Shown here: one piece after another, positions 54,965-63,832 of the stretch
Layout of the letters: each line of letters starts with the position of its first letter
Position numbering within the stretch: position 1 is the stretch's first letter
Assembly (NCBI GenBank): GCA_050291625.1
Contig: JBNKKC010000127.1
Span: 4,470 to 68,469, forward strand
Length of the DNA stretch: 64,000 nucleotides
Source of the DNA: Desulfobacteraceae bacterium
Lineage (GTDB): Bacteria > Desulfobacterota > Desulfobacteria > Desulfobacterales > Desulfosarcinaceae
Reading direction: 5' to 3'
Notes under the pieces: model-generated
Seen by the model: the letters and a program-made list of their open reading frames with translations, nothing else
Databases searched by the model: none
What the model was told of the DNA's origin: nothing
Made by a program: the position numbers and the translations under genes

Positions 54965-55456
54965 TCAATGCGCCAATTCCTGCCTGGGAATCAATCTGTC
55001 CCCTGCAAGATATTGATGAATCTTCTGCGGCGTAAAGTTGATCATATTCTTTGGCACTTTTACCATACGATATCCCTGTCGCTCCAAGGCCTCTGCATGC
55101 TGGTGCAGGAAGCGGCGCATCCGTGCCGACGACACAAGGACAATTGTACGCACCTTGTAATGCGCAGCCAGCTTCCGGATGCGATCCACAACCTTGACAG
55201 AGAAACGGCGCCGCACCTCGTCGAGATGCTGATCGCGGTTGTCTTCATATCCATGAACAGCACCACCCCGAGGTGCTGCACCGCAACCGGTCTTGGAATC
55301 CGTGAACAACTCCTGCGCATCGCCAATGTCCGGATTGGCCATCGGCACTCTCTCCTTAATCTGCGGTCCGGATTCCAACTCGGGAAATTCCACCGGTTCA
55401 AGTGTGAAAAAGCGTGCCGAGGCACGATTGACAACGACAATAAGATAGTCGCTCAT
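54965..55456 (-). CDS. Host-attachment (Host_attach) family protein
   Basis: A 163-aa protein. MSDYLIVVVNRASARFFTLE and the HGYEDNRDQH region are typical of this family. Confidence 0.65.
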   Translation of the reverse strand: MSDYLIVVVNRASARFFTLEPVEFPELESGPQIKERVPMANPDIGDAQELFTDSKTGCGAAPRGGAVHGYEDNRDQHLDEVRRRFSVKVVDRIRKLAAHYKVRTIVLVSSARMRRFLHQHAEALERQGYRMVKVPKNMINFTPQKIHQYLAGDRLIPRQELAH

Positions 55457-55934
55457 AGGCTTACCTCACGTTTTACGGTTGAGATTATTTCCGACTCAAC
55501 ATCTTTTCACGAATTTGAGCTGAACAGCGAACCGGCTTTGCTGTCAGGTGGTCAGATAGACTGAAGTGATGAGAAATCTGCTTTCGCTGCAGGAATGCAA
55601 ACCAGCGAAGATGTTCGATCGACACCTAAAAGATAAAATGACTCACACAAAAGGTCAACGGCGACTTGCCAAATTAACATCACCTCCAATTCACGGACTG
55701 AAATGTATCGAAAACAACGGATCCCGGATCCCGCACAGAGAGGACGTTCGGAACGACTTCACGATTTATTGCGAACAGCTCAAATGATCGTCCTGAATAC
55801 GTTTATGATTGGCCAAATCCCCCTTTTCTTTTGTGTTATTTGCCCCAGAACGATGCCATCACGAGTCACCCTCTCCATATATTAAACAAGTTAATATACT
55901 GTAATAATTTCATAAAATAAATAAAAAACGATCT

Positions 55935-55949
55935 TGGCACATTTTCTGC
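55935..55949 (+). promoter_or_regulatory. Sigma-54 type promoter candidate
   Basis: TGGCAC-atttt-CTGC has the canonical 12-nt GG-to-GC spacing. It lies about 100 nt upstream of the response-regulator gene and is preceded by a very AT-rich tract (possible IHF site). Confidence 0.5.
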
Positions 55950-56046
55950 TGTTCACTGTAGAATATCAAGGTTTTCAATGCGACACTCATTTGAAGCGAC
56001 GAAGGTCAGGAGCGATACACTGCTGTAGCTGATTTGGAGAGAACCA

Positions 56047-56448
56047 ATGCGCGAAATCCGGATCCTGATTATTGAAGACGATGCCTACGTTCAAGATGCT
56101 TTTGAGCTGACATTGCAATCCTTCGGCCTGAAGGCCATGGTCGTCACGACGGCCGAGGAAGCGCTGGAGGCCGTTCAATATCGTTCATTCGACGTCATCA
56201 TCAGCGACCACAGGCTTCCCGGAATGGACGGCCTCGAGTTTTTCACGGTTGCCGCGCCGTATATCACCGAAAGCACCAAAGTCCTGATTTCGGCTTACGG
56301 CTTCGATAACATGGGCTCCGATGCCAGAGCTGCGGGCGTGGATCATTTTGCGGTGAAACCCTTTTCGATCCCTCGCCTGCTTCTAAAATTAATCCATCTC
56401 TCCAATCCGTCCGGGAGCGGCTCAGAAAAGATAGGGGGGCTGCATTGA
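56047..56448 (+). CDS. Single-domain response regulator (CheY-like receiver)
   Basis: ILIIEDD, DVIISDHRLPGMDG, and a conserved K in FAVKPF. Confidence 0.85.
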   Translation: MREIRILIIEDDAYVQDAFELTLQSFGLKAMVVTTAEEALEAVQYRSFDVIISDHRLPGMDGLEFFTVAAPYITESTKVLISAYGFDNMGSDARAAGVDHFAVKPFSIPRLLLKLIHLSNPSGSGSEKIGGLH

Positions 56449-56574
56449 TGCGCCGTTCCGCCCTCCCCATACTTGTCATGGTTTTTGCCCGCAGTGGTTG
56501 GCACATCGTGCCGACCGCCGAATTATCATCACATTTCCAGCAGACCTGGAAATAACATTCCAGATGAGACATCA

Positions 56575-57546
56575 ATGGCACAAGCACTTGGCATATTAGT
56601 CGTAGACGATAAAGAGATTATCCGGAACACCATCGCCCAGGTGTTGGAAGACGACGGCTTTGAAGTGGTCAAGGCGGCCAACGGAGCCGACGCATTGGCG
56701 CTTTTCAGGCAGGAGCGTTTCCCTATCGTCATCACCGATATCTATATGCCCAAAATGACCGGCATCGATCTGCTGGCGGCCATCAAGAAAATCGATGAGA
56801 AGACCCAGGTCATTGTAATGACCAGCTACGTTTCTTTCGATACGGCCATCGCCACCATACGTTCCGGCGCCTATGACTATCTGATCAAGCCGTTCGAAAA
56901 AATAGCCGTGGTGTCCAACGTCGTTCGGCGAGCCGCCGATAAAATCCGGCTGGAGTGGAAGACCGAACACCTGATTGACATGCTCAAACAAAAGACCGAA
57001 CAGCTTGAAAAATCAAATGCCCATTTAAAATCGCTTGCCACACGTGACAGTCTGACCGGCCTGTACAATCATCGCTATTTTCAGGAAAACCTGACGTCCG
57101 AGCTAAACCGCGCGCAGCGGTACCAGCGTAAGTTTTCTCTGTTGTTCATCGATCTGGATTACTTTAAAACATATAATGACACCAACGGACACCTTGAAGG
57201 CGACAGGCTGCTAATCAATTTATCCAATCTTTTTTTGTCCAGTTTTCGCAAAACCGATATCGTCTGCCGCTATGGCGGCGATGAATTCGCCGTCATCTTG
57301 CCTGAGGCGTCTACAGAAAAAGCCCTTATGATCGCCGGCAAGCTGCATGCCCACGTGTCCGACCATCCCTTCTACGGCCGCGAGACCATGCCGCAGGGCC
57401 GGATTACCATCAGCATCGGGATCGCCACCTATCCGGATCATGAAACCGATGCCGAAGGATTGCTCCATCATGCCGACCGGCTCATGTACGTCGCCAAAAA
57501 AGACCGTGGGCAATTCAAGGCAGCCACTGCATCAGAGGGCAACTGA
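56575..57546 (+). CDS. Response regulator with a GGDEF diguanylate cyclase output, I-site present
   Basis: The receiver has ILVVDD and VITDIYMPKMTG. The GGDEF domain has RYGGDEFAV, preceded by RKTD (RxxD) five residues upstream. Confidence 0.85.
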   Translation: MAQALGILVVDDKEIIRNTIAQVLEDDGFEVVKAANGADALALFRQERFPIVITDIYMPKMTGIDLLAAIKKIDEKTQVIVMTSYVSFDTAIATIRSGAYDYLIKPFEKIAVVSNVVRRAADKIRLEWKTEHLIDMLKQKTEQLEKSNAHLKSLATRDSLTGLYNHRYFQENLTSELNRAQRYQRKFSLLFIDLDYFKTYNDTNGHLEGDRLLINLSNLFLSSFRKTDIVCRYGGDEFAVILPEASTEKALMIAGKLHAHVSDHPFYGRETMPQGRITISIGIATYPDHETDAEGLLHHADRLMYVAKKDRGQFKAATASEGN

Positions 57547-57706
57547 CACTTCAGGCCTGATCGGATTTCACCTCGGTTCCTCACCCCCCAACCGATCCTC
57601 ATATGGATTCTCTTTCAGTCTGCGTATTGCCCCTTGCCATCAACATCCAAAAGCGGCATAAATGACAAACAACATGCAAATCAAGCCATAAAAAAGGATC
57701 CCAACC

Positions 57707-58699
57707 ATGCCCAAAATCACCTTTCTCGCCGGCGAAGGCTGCCTCTCGTCCAGCATCACCGGCCTGATGGATGCATTCCACATTGCCAACATGTGGCAGC
57801 AGGCCGTCTCCGGAAAATCCGAGCCGCTGCTGCAATCCGAAATCGTAACGACGGACGGAAGATCCGTCACCTGCGAGGGATGCATTCAGATCCATGCCCA
57901 CGAGTCCATCGAACATTTCGACCGCACCGACTTTCTGATGGTTCCGCCGTTTATCCCCGTCGCAACTCCCATTACGCAGGACCTGGACCGGATCCTGGAT
58001 TTCATCGTCGATCAACACCATGCCCGTACACCCATTGCCGCCATGTGCACCGGTGTATTTTTGCTGGCGGAAACCGGCCTGCTGGACAATCGAACGGCAA
58101 CCACCAACTGGCAGTTCGCCAAGATGTTCCGCCAGCGCTATCCAAAAGTGAACCTCAGGACGGAGCATATTCTCACAGAGGACCATGGACTGATATGCTC
58201 CGGCGCGGCAACATCGATTTACAATTTAAGCATTTTTGTCATCGAGCGATTCGGGTCGGAAGAACTGGCGGCCCTGTGCTCCAAGGCATTGCTGGTGGAC
58301 CCCAACCGGAACAGCCAGGCGCCCTACATCGTCTACCACCACCGGAAAGATCACGGAGATACCAAAATCATCAGGGCTCAAACCTATATGGAAGAAAATT
58401 ATGAGAAGAACATGACCATGGATGAGATCGCCAAGCTGGCCTGCCTGAGTTCGCGCCATTTCAAAAGGCGCTTCAAACAGGCCACTGGAGAGCCGCCTTT
58501 GGCCTACCTGCAGAAGATCCGGATCGAAGCGGCCAAGAAGCGGCTCGAAACCACGACGGACAGTATCAACGACATCACCTGGCAAATCGGCTATGAAGAC
58601 AGCAGCACCTTTCGCCGGTTGTTTAAAAAACACACCGATCTGTCCCCCAGACGATATCGCGATAAATTCTTTCGCACCAAAACCGAACAGGGCGCATGA
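57707..58699 (+). CDS. GlxA-family regulator (DJ-1/PfpI-like N-terminal domain plus AraC-type HTH)
   Basis: IAAMCTGVFLLAETGLL (nucleophile-elbow-like Cys), and a C-terminal AraC HTH (SSRHFKRRFKQATGEPPLAYLQKIRIEAAKKRL). Confidence 0.8.
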   Translation: MPKITFLAGEGCLSSSITGLMDAFHIANMWQQAVSGKSEPLLQSEIVTTDGRSVTCEGCIQIHAHESIEHFDRTDFLMVPPFIPVATPITQDLDRILDFIVDQHHARTPIAAMCTGVFLLAETGLLDNRTATTNWQFAKMFRQRYPKVNLRTEHILTEDHGLICSGAATSIYNLSIFVIERFGSEELAALCSKALLVDPNRNSQAPYIVYHHRKDHGDTKIIRAQTYMEENYEKNMTMDEIAKLACLSSRHFKRRFKQATGEPPLAYLQKIRIEAAKKRLETTTDSINDITWQIGYEDSSTFRRLFKKHTDLSPRRYRDKFFRTKTEQGA

Positions 58700-58863
58700 C
58701 GCCCGCTTCCCGGCCCGGCCCCTCATCCGGTTCAAAGGGCTGCCGCCGCCTTGAACAATGGCATGAGCCGGGTCGACAACCGGACAATCGTATCGGAGAT
58801 CTCACACTGCCGGCCGCGGCGTCGCTCGTATCGATGGTCACGGTGATATAAAAGATAGACAAA

Positions 58864-61833
58864 TCACGGGGTATCTCCGGCATACACTACTGCCCGGCTC
58901 TGCCGTCCGTCCACTTTGAGAACCAGAGGCCGATCCAACTGCACCAGGGACACATGCTGCGTATCCATGGCCGAAGGTTGGCTGTCGAGCCATTGCCAGT
59001 CGATGTGATCGCCCCTGGCATCCAGAGCTGTCAGGTAGTTGATACCCAGCGTGCTGATATTATGAAAAAAGTGGGACCCTTGTGAAGGTTCGGCCTGCAG
59101 CCGCGGATGGTCGGACTCCACAATGGCGCCCACGCCGCAGATCTCTTCCCAGCGGACCGGGATGCCGAGCCAACGGTCGGCGCTGCCCCAGCGCCCCGGT
59201 CCAATCAGGAGATATCTTCGCCCTTCGTCTACCAGTCTGGCGTTTATTTTTCCGATCTGCCTGGCGATGGCCACCGTCTCGGCCGGATCGAACCGATCAC
59301 GCCTGACCAGGACGATATCCCGGATGTCATGAGCAATGGTGTTGCCCAGCGCCTGACGGGAATAGATCAGCGAGCGCTTGATGTCATCGTCGTCGATATC
59401 GACCCGCATGAGCTCTTCGCGCGCGCCCATGGGCCTCAGCTGCAGGATCGCGAACTCGGGTTGGCGGTCCTTCCCGCCTGCCATGTTGAGACAGAACTCC
59501 ATCTCAACGGGAGAGCCCATGCCCTCTTCTCCGATGCGCAGCAGATCCTTGAGCATTTCCGCCAACGGAAAAGCGCCGTGCTTCAGCACAGGATAAAAGG
59601 TCACAACAGGACTGCCTGTGCTCCTGAACGAATCCCGGATGCGCCCCTCTTCGGGAATATAGGTGCTGCACAGGTCGCGCACCGGCGGTTCGGCCAGGGC
59701 GTCGAAAACTTCCCGCCGCGCCAGGGTCACGGAATCGTCCACGCCGATGGGACAGGCGGCCTGCCCCATTTTGACCGCATAAAAGTAGCGTTGCGCATTT
59801 TTCAATATATCCGGCACCGTAGAGCGGTCCGGCAGCAGATGAGGATGTTTGGGAGAAAAACGCAGAGAAGACTCGCCGCCCATGACCGATTTGCCCAGTC
59901 CAAGAGCGATGGCCGCAACTCCATCCTGGGGAGTCATCTCGGCGATGGGGTAGTAATTATACGATTGGGCCACTCCGGACAAGGCCGGATAGAAATAGTC
60001 GCCGAACCGTTCGCCCACGAGCTGCTGGATGATGACGGCCATCTTCTCCTCTTCGGTGCGCTGGCCAACACGCCTGGAAAAGGCCTTGGGACCTGAAAAA
60101 TAGGTGGAGGCGAAGACCATCTTGACCGCCTCCGTCAGCTGGGTCAGCCGGCACTCCGGATCCGCATGGTCGTTGGGCAGCATATAGGTGCTGTACAAAC
60201 CGGCGTAGGCACGGTACTGCGCATCTTCCAGCAGACTGGACGATCGGACGGCCAGCCGGTAGTTGAACACGCTCAGGTAATCGCGCAGCTGCTCCGCCAA
60301 CCCGGGCGGCATGGTGGCGTTCATGAAACGCTCTGCGATGGTTTCATCGTCCAGATCGAGCCGGGCCAGCTCCTGCAGGTCGTTGAACTCGATGAATTCC
60401 TCGAATCGTTCCGTGGCGATGACCACGGTTTGGGGAACGCGGATGGTCACATCGGGGTATTTGTCACGAAATTCGGTATGCTGATGCAGCAGGGTGTTCA
60501 TGAAGGCCAGCCCCCTGGCCTTGCCGCCCAGAGAGCCGCCGCCGATTTTGCAGAATTCGGTGTCCAGATCCAACCGCTTGGCGTCAAAATCGATAACCAG
60601 ACCCCTTTGACGCTGCATCCGCCGCTGGTGGATAACGCTGGTCAGGTAGTCGTAATGGCCGCGCACGTCGCTGAAATCAGTGTCACGCACCGGGCGCATT
60701 TTGGCCGCCAGTTCGATCTCCGAACGGGCGAACAGCCACCTGGAAAAGTCGTTGCGGCTGCTGTGGAAGCGAAGGGCCTCCACCGGAATTTGGCCCGCCA
60801 TGATTTCCAACTCCCGAAGATTGCACGCCCTGCCGATCTCACGGCCGTCGGGCATCCGGAACACAAAATCGCCGAAGCCCAAATCTTCGATGAAAAATTT
60901 GCGGATCTCCGACGGCAGCGTCGGCGAGCTTTTGTCGATAAAGCGGGCCGGTATGGTTTCGGCGCACTGCCGGTTGTCGCTTTCCGCGCTGACCAACAGC
61001 AGGGGAATGTCGAAGCGCTCGGTTTTGATCTTTTCGAGGAGCCTGACGCCGGCCTTTCCATCCAGCTTTCCCGCCCGGGGAAAGCGCATATCGGAGATGA
61101 CACCCAGGATGTTGTCCTTGTAGGTGTCGTAGAGTGCCATGGCTTTTTCAAAGCTTTCGGCCAACAGAATCTTGGGCCTGGCCCGCATGGCCAGCATCCG
61201 GTGCTCCTCATTGAGCCCCTCATCCATCACGGCCTGGGCCTGCAGGACCAGCCCTTTGTAAAGAATCGGCAGAATCGCTGAGGCATACTCGGGAGAATCC
61301 TCCACAAACAGAATCACCCGGATCCCGGCCAGCTTGGTGTCCTCTTCGACGTTCATCCAATCTTCGGTGTTTTTGATCAGGGCAAAAAGCACCTCTGTGT
61401 TGCCGGTCCATAAAAACGTGCGGTCGATGGCCGAGGTCTTATTTGAGAAAGCGGACCACTCCGGCGCCGAGGCCATCTGATGGATCATTAAAATCACCGG
61501 CATATTCCAGCCTCCGGCTCTGATGGCCGCGGCGGCCTTTTCAAAAGCGGTATCGGTGCCCCTGGCGATGATGATCACCAGTTCGAAACGGTGTTGTTCG
61601 AGAACCTGCAAGGCCTGACGGGTATTGGTGACCCAGCGCAGCCTGGGAGGGCGACTCAGGTTCAACCCCCTGTATTCCTTTACGATTGTCTCGGATAGGC
61701 GGCAATCCTCTTCCATGATCCAGGCGTCGTAATGCCTGGAGATGAGCAGGATATTCAATATCTTGTGTCTCATCAGATCGTGAAATATCTTGAAACGCGG
61801 ATCGAAATCGTCCAAGCGGATGCTGTGCGTCAT
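58864..61833 (-). CDS. Multidomain protein: pseudo-receiver, receiver, and a PPDK_N-type (PEP/pyruvate-binding, ATP-grasp) domain
   Basis: A 989-aa protein. The second receiver has ILFVEDS and VISDMRFP. The nucleotide-binding region has GGGSLGGKARGLAFMN and VRSSSLLED, typical of the PEP synthase / PPDK N-terminal domain. Confidence 0.7.
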   Translation of the reverse strand: MTHSIRLDDFDPRFKIFHDLMRHKILNILLISRHYDAWIMEEDCRLSETIVKEYRGLNLSRPPRLRWVTNTRQALQVLEQHRFELVIIIARGTDTAFEKAAAAIRAGGWNMPVILMIHQMASAPEWSAFSNKTSAIDRTFLWTGNTEVLFALIKNTEDWMNVEEDTKLAGIRVILFVEDSPEYASAILPILYKGLVLQAQAVMDEGLNEEHRMLAMRARPKILLAESFEKAMALYDTYKDNILGVISDMRFPRAGKLDGKAGVRLLEKIKTERFDIPLLLVSAESDNRQCAETIPARFIDKSSPTLPSEIRKFFIEDLGFGDFVFRMPDGREIGRACNLRELEIMAGQIPVEALRFHSSRNDFSRWLFARSEIELAAKMRPVRDTDFSDVRGHYDYLTSVIHQRRMQRQRGLVIDFDAKRLDLDTEFCKIGGGSLGGKARGLAFMNTLLHQHTEFRDKYPDVTIRVPQTVVIATERFEEFIEFNDLQELARLDLDDETIAERFMNATMPPGLAEQLRDYLSVFNYRLAVRSSSLLEDAQYRAYAGLYSTYMLPNDHADPECRLTQLTEAVKMVFASTYFSGPKAFSRRVGQRTEEEKMAVIIQQLVGERFGDYFYPALSGVAQSYNYYPIAEMTPQDGVAAIALGLGKSVMGGESSLRFSPKHPHLLPDRSTVPDILKNAQRYFYAVKMGQAACPIGVDDSVTLARREVFDALAEPPVRDLCSTYIPEEGRIRDSFRSTGSPVVTFYPVLKHGAFPLAEMLKDLLRIGEEGMGSPVEMEFCLNMAGGKDRQPEFAILQLRPMGAREELMRVDIDDDDIKRSLIYSRQALGNTIAHDIRDIVLVRRDRFDPAETVAIARQIGKINARLVDEGRRYLLIGPGRWGSADRWLGIPVRWEEICGVGAIVESDHPRLQAEPSQGSHFFHNISTLGINYLTALDARGDHIDWQWLDSQPSAMDTQHVSLVQLDRPLVLKVDGRQSRAVVYAGDTP

Positions 61834-62065
61834 ATCGGATCACCGCCTTTCATCGATGGGCTTCAATGCGGAAGGGTGAAACAGTCTCGACATCCCGATC
61901 ATTGATCGAAACCAGGCAACGGTCAAGGAATTTAGAAAACTCAATGACCGATTCTATTAAATCCCAAATTTAAAAATGTGTCGGAATCTGATATTGTATC
62001 CATAATCTGCTCTAACACCGCATATGCGCAAGCCAACCCGAAACACTAACCAACGGAGGGGCGAC

Positions 62066-62596
62066 ATGGCACAGAAATTTATTGTTTCAGCCTATGGAAA
62101 GGACCGGCCGGGAATCGTCGCAGATGTTACCGAAATCCTTTATGAGTATGGATGCAATCTTGAAGACACGCATATGGGGAAGCTTTCCGGCGACTTCTCA
62201 TTGATGATCCTGTTTTCCGCCCCCGAGGGGGACGAAATCGAGACCGCGTTGTCCGATGCATACCAACGCCTTAAGGATGAAAAGCAGATTTCAGCCTATA
62301 TTCGCCGGGCGACGGCCGCCGAGCGGAAACCGATGCCGCCGCAGGCCACCTTCACCCTGAAAATCGAAGGCCTCGATCATACCGGCATCGTCTACCGGAT
62401 CAGCCGTTACCTGGCCTATCACAATATCAATATCGCCGATCTGAGTTCATCGATCACCTACACCCCGGAAAGCGGCGCCCAGGTATACCATATGGAAGTC
62501 TCCATCGAAGCTAGCGCGGAAACGGATATGGATGAAGTGCATGAAGGCCTGAACCAGCTGGCCGAGGATCTGCACGTGGATATCATCGTCGAATAG
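62066..62596 (+). CDS. Tandem ACT-domain protein (GcvR-like)
   Basis: FIVSAYGKDRPGIVADVTEILYEYGCNLED, and a second ACT repeat LKIEGLDHTGIVYRISRYLAYHNINI. GGAGG RBS. Confidence 0.75.
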   Translation: MAQKFIVSAYGKDRPGIVADVTEILYEYGCNLEDTHMGKLSGDFSLMILFSAPEGDEIETALSDAYQRLKDEKQISAYIRRATAAERKPMPPQATFTLKIEGLDHTGIVYRISRYLAYHNINIADLSSSITYTPESGAQVYHMEVSIEASAETDMDEVHEGLNQLAEDLHVDIIVE

Positions 62597-62600
62597 AAAC

Positions 62601-62730
62601 GCAAACCACTGGAGGGCGCCAGATTCGGCGTTGCCGGTGGCTCGCAGTATGCGGAATACGGCTTCTCCACCGGCGCCTTCTTGTCCCGCTGGTTTTTAGC
62701 GGGAGACTCTGGCGCCCTCCAGTGGTTTGC
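62601..62730 (+). repeat. Family C hairpin repeat, copy 1. A 130-bp element with 23-bp perfect terminal inverted repeats.
   Basis: gcaaaccactggagggcgccaga pairs with tctggcgccctccagtggtttgc. It starts 5 nt after the ACT gene stop. It is followed at 62741-62770 by a truncated second left end (ggaggacgccagattccg). Confidence 0.85.
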
Positions 62731-63038
62731 GGTACGTGCCGGAGGACGCCAGATTCCGACTCCGAATAACATTCCATCCCGGATCGGCGCAGAGGCCGAC
62801 CCTGCTGCTAAGGTTAAATCTTTAACAATTCAATATATCGAGGCCATTATGGATGGGTCGGGCTCTGCTCCGGCTTTTTTTATTGGCAACCTAAGAGAAA
62901 TCCGATCGGCAAATTATGTTATATGCGTCTATGTTCGGTGTCGTGATCGGTGTCGACAAACCGGCCTCCGCGACTTATTGTTTCTGCATCGGCGTACCAT
63001 AGACAAATGGATAATTGCATAAGCCAATGGAGGATGCC

Positions 63039-63215
63039 ATGGATAAACAAAAAAGCCGAAGGCTTAAAGATCGCTTCGTCTGGGTCAAAGACCGCGAGGG
63101 CAATGAATTTGTATGTGCCATTGATGCATTGAAAAACATCAACGAGCTGACCGAAGAGGAGAAAAGCCAGTGCATGGATGCTGCAGGTCCGCGCGGGCTT
63201 GTGTCACCAATTTAA
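63039..63215 (+). CDS. Small hypothetical protein (58 aa; alternative starts at 63015 and 63027)
   Basis: GGAGGA lies 4 nt upstream of the ATG. The sequence MDKQKSRRLKDRFVWVKDREGNEFVCAIDALKNINELTEEEKSQC is protein-like. No family was recognised. Confidence 0.45.
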   Translation: MDKQKSRRLKDRFVWVKDREGNEFVCAIDALKNINELTEEEKSQCMDAAGPRGLVSPI

Positions 63216-63552
63216 AGGCCAATGGTCGCCTGCAAGCACAGATATCGGGAACTCGCCGGACAAAGGCCGTCGGCTGTTCGGCGCGATCAGAGGATTGCCT
63301 TGGCGATCCAATAGGCAGCGTATCCAACGCCAAGCCCCAGGGGCAACATGAGTCAGGGGCGACACAGAGGCGTTTCATTGAACTTCCAGACAAACACGCC
63401 CACGGCCAACAATCCAAAAATGATACCAATGATTTTTGCAAGCATCATGAGGCCGTATCATAAAATTCATTTGTAATGACTTCCATTATTATCAGGCCAA
63501 ATTTGGCATAATGCAATGCCCGGCATCCGAATGTGCCGAAAACGTTTAAACC

Positions 63553-63680
63553 GCTAACACCGGAGGACGCCAGAGTCTCCCGATAAAAACCAGCGGGACA
63601 AGAAGGCGCCGGGGGTGAAGCCGTATTCCCCATACTGCATCCCCCGGAAACGCCATCTTCGGCGGGACTGACGCAGGTCC
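63553..63680 (-). repeat. Family C hairpin repeat, copy 2, inverted relative to copy 1 and with a degenerate distal end
   Basis: ggaggacgccagagtctcccgataaaaaccagcgggacaagaaggcgccgggggtgaagccgtattcc matches the reverse complement of copy 1. Confidence 0.75.
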
Positions 63681-63706
63681 GGAATCTAACATCCTGCGCA
63701 CCAGCC

Positions 63707-63832
63707 GCAAACGCCGGAGGGCGCCAGAGCCTCCCGATAAAACCAGCGGGACAGAAGGCGCCGGGGGTGAAGCCGTATTCAGAATACTGCGAACCCCCGG
63801 CAACGCCGAATCTGGCGCCCTCCGGCGTTTGC
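63707..63832 (-). repeat. Family C hairpin repeat, copy 3, inverted relative to copy 1
   Basis: gcaaacgccggagggcgccaga pairs with tctggcgccctccggcgtttgc. It abuts the stop codon of the partial gene at 63833. Confidence 0.85.
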
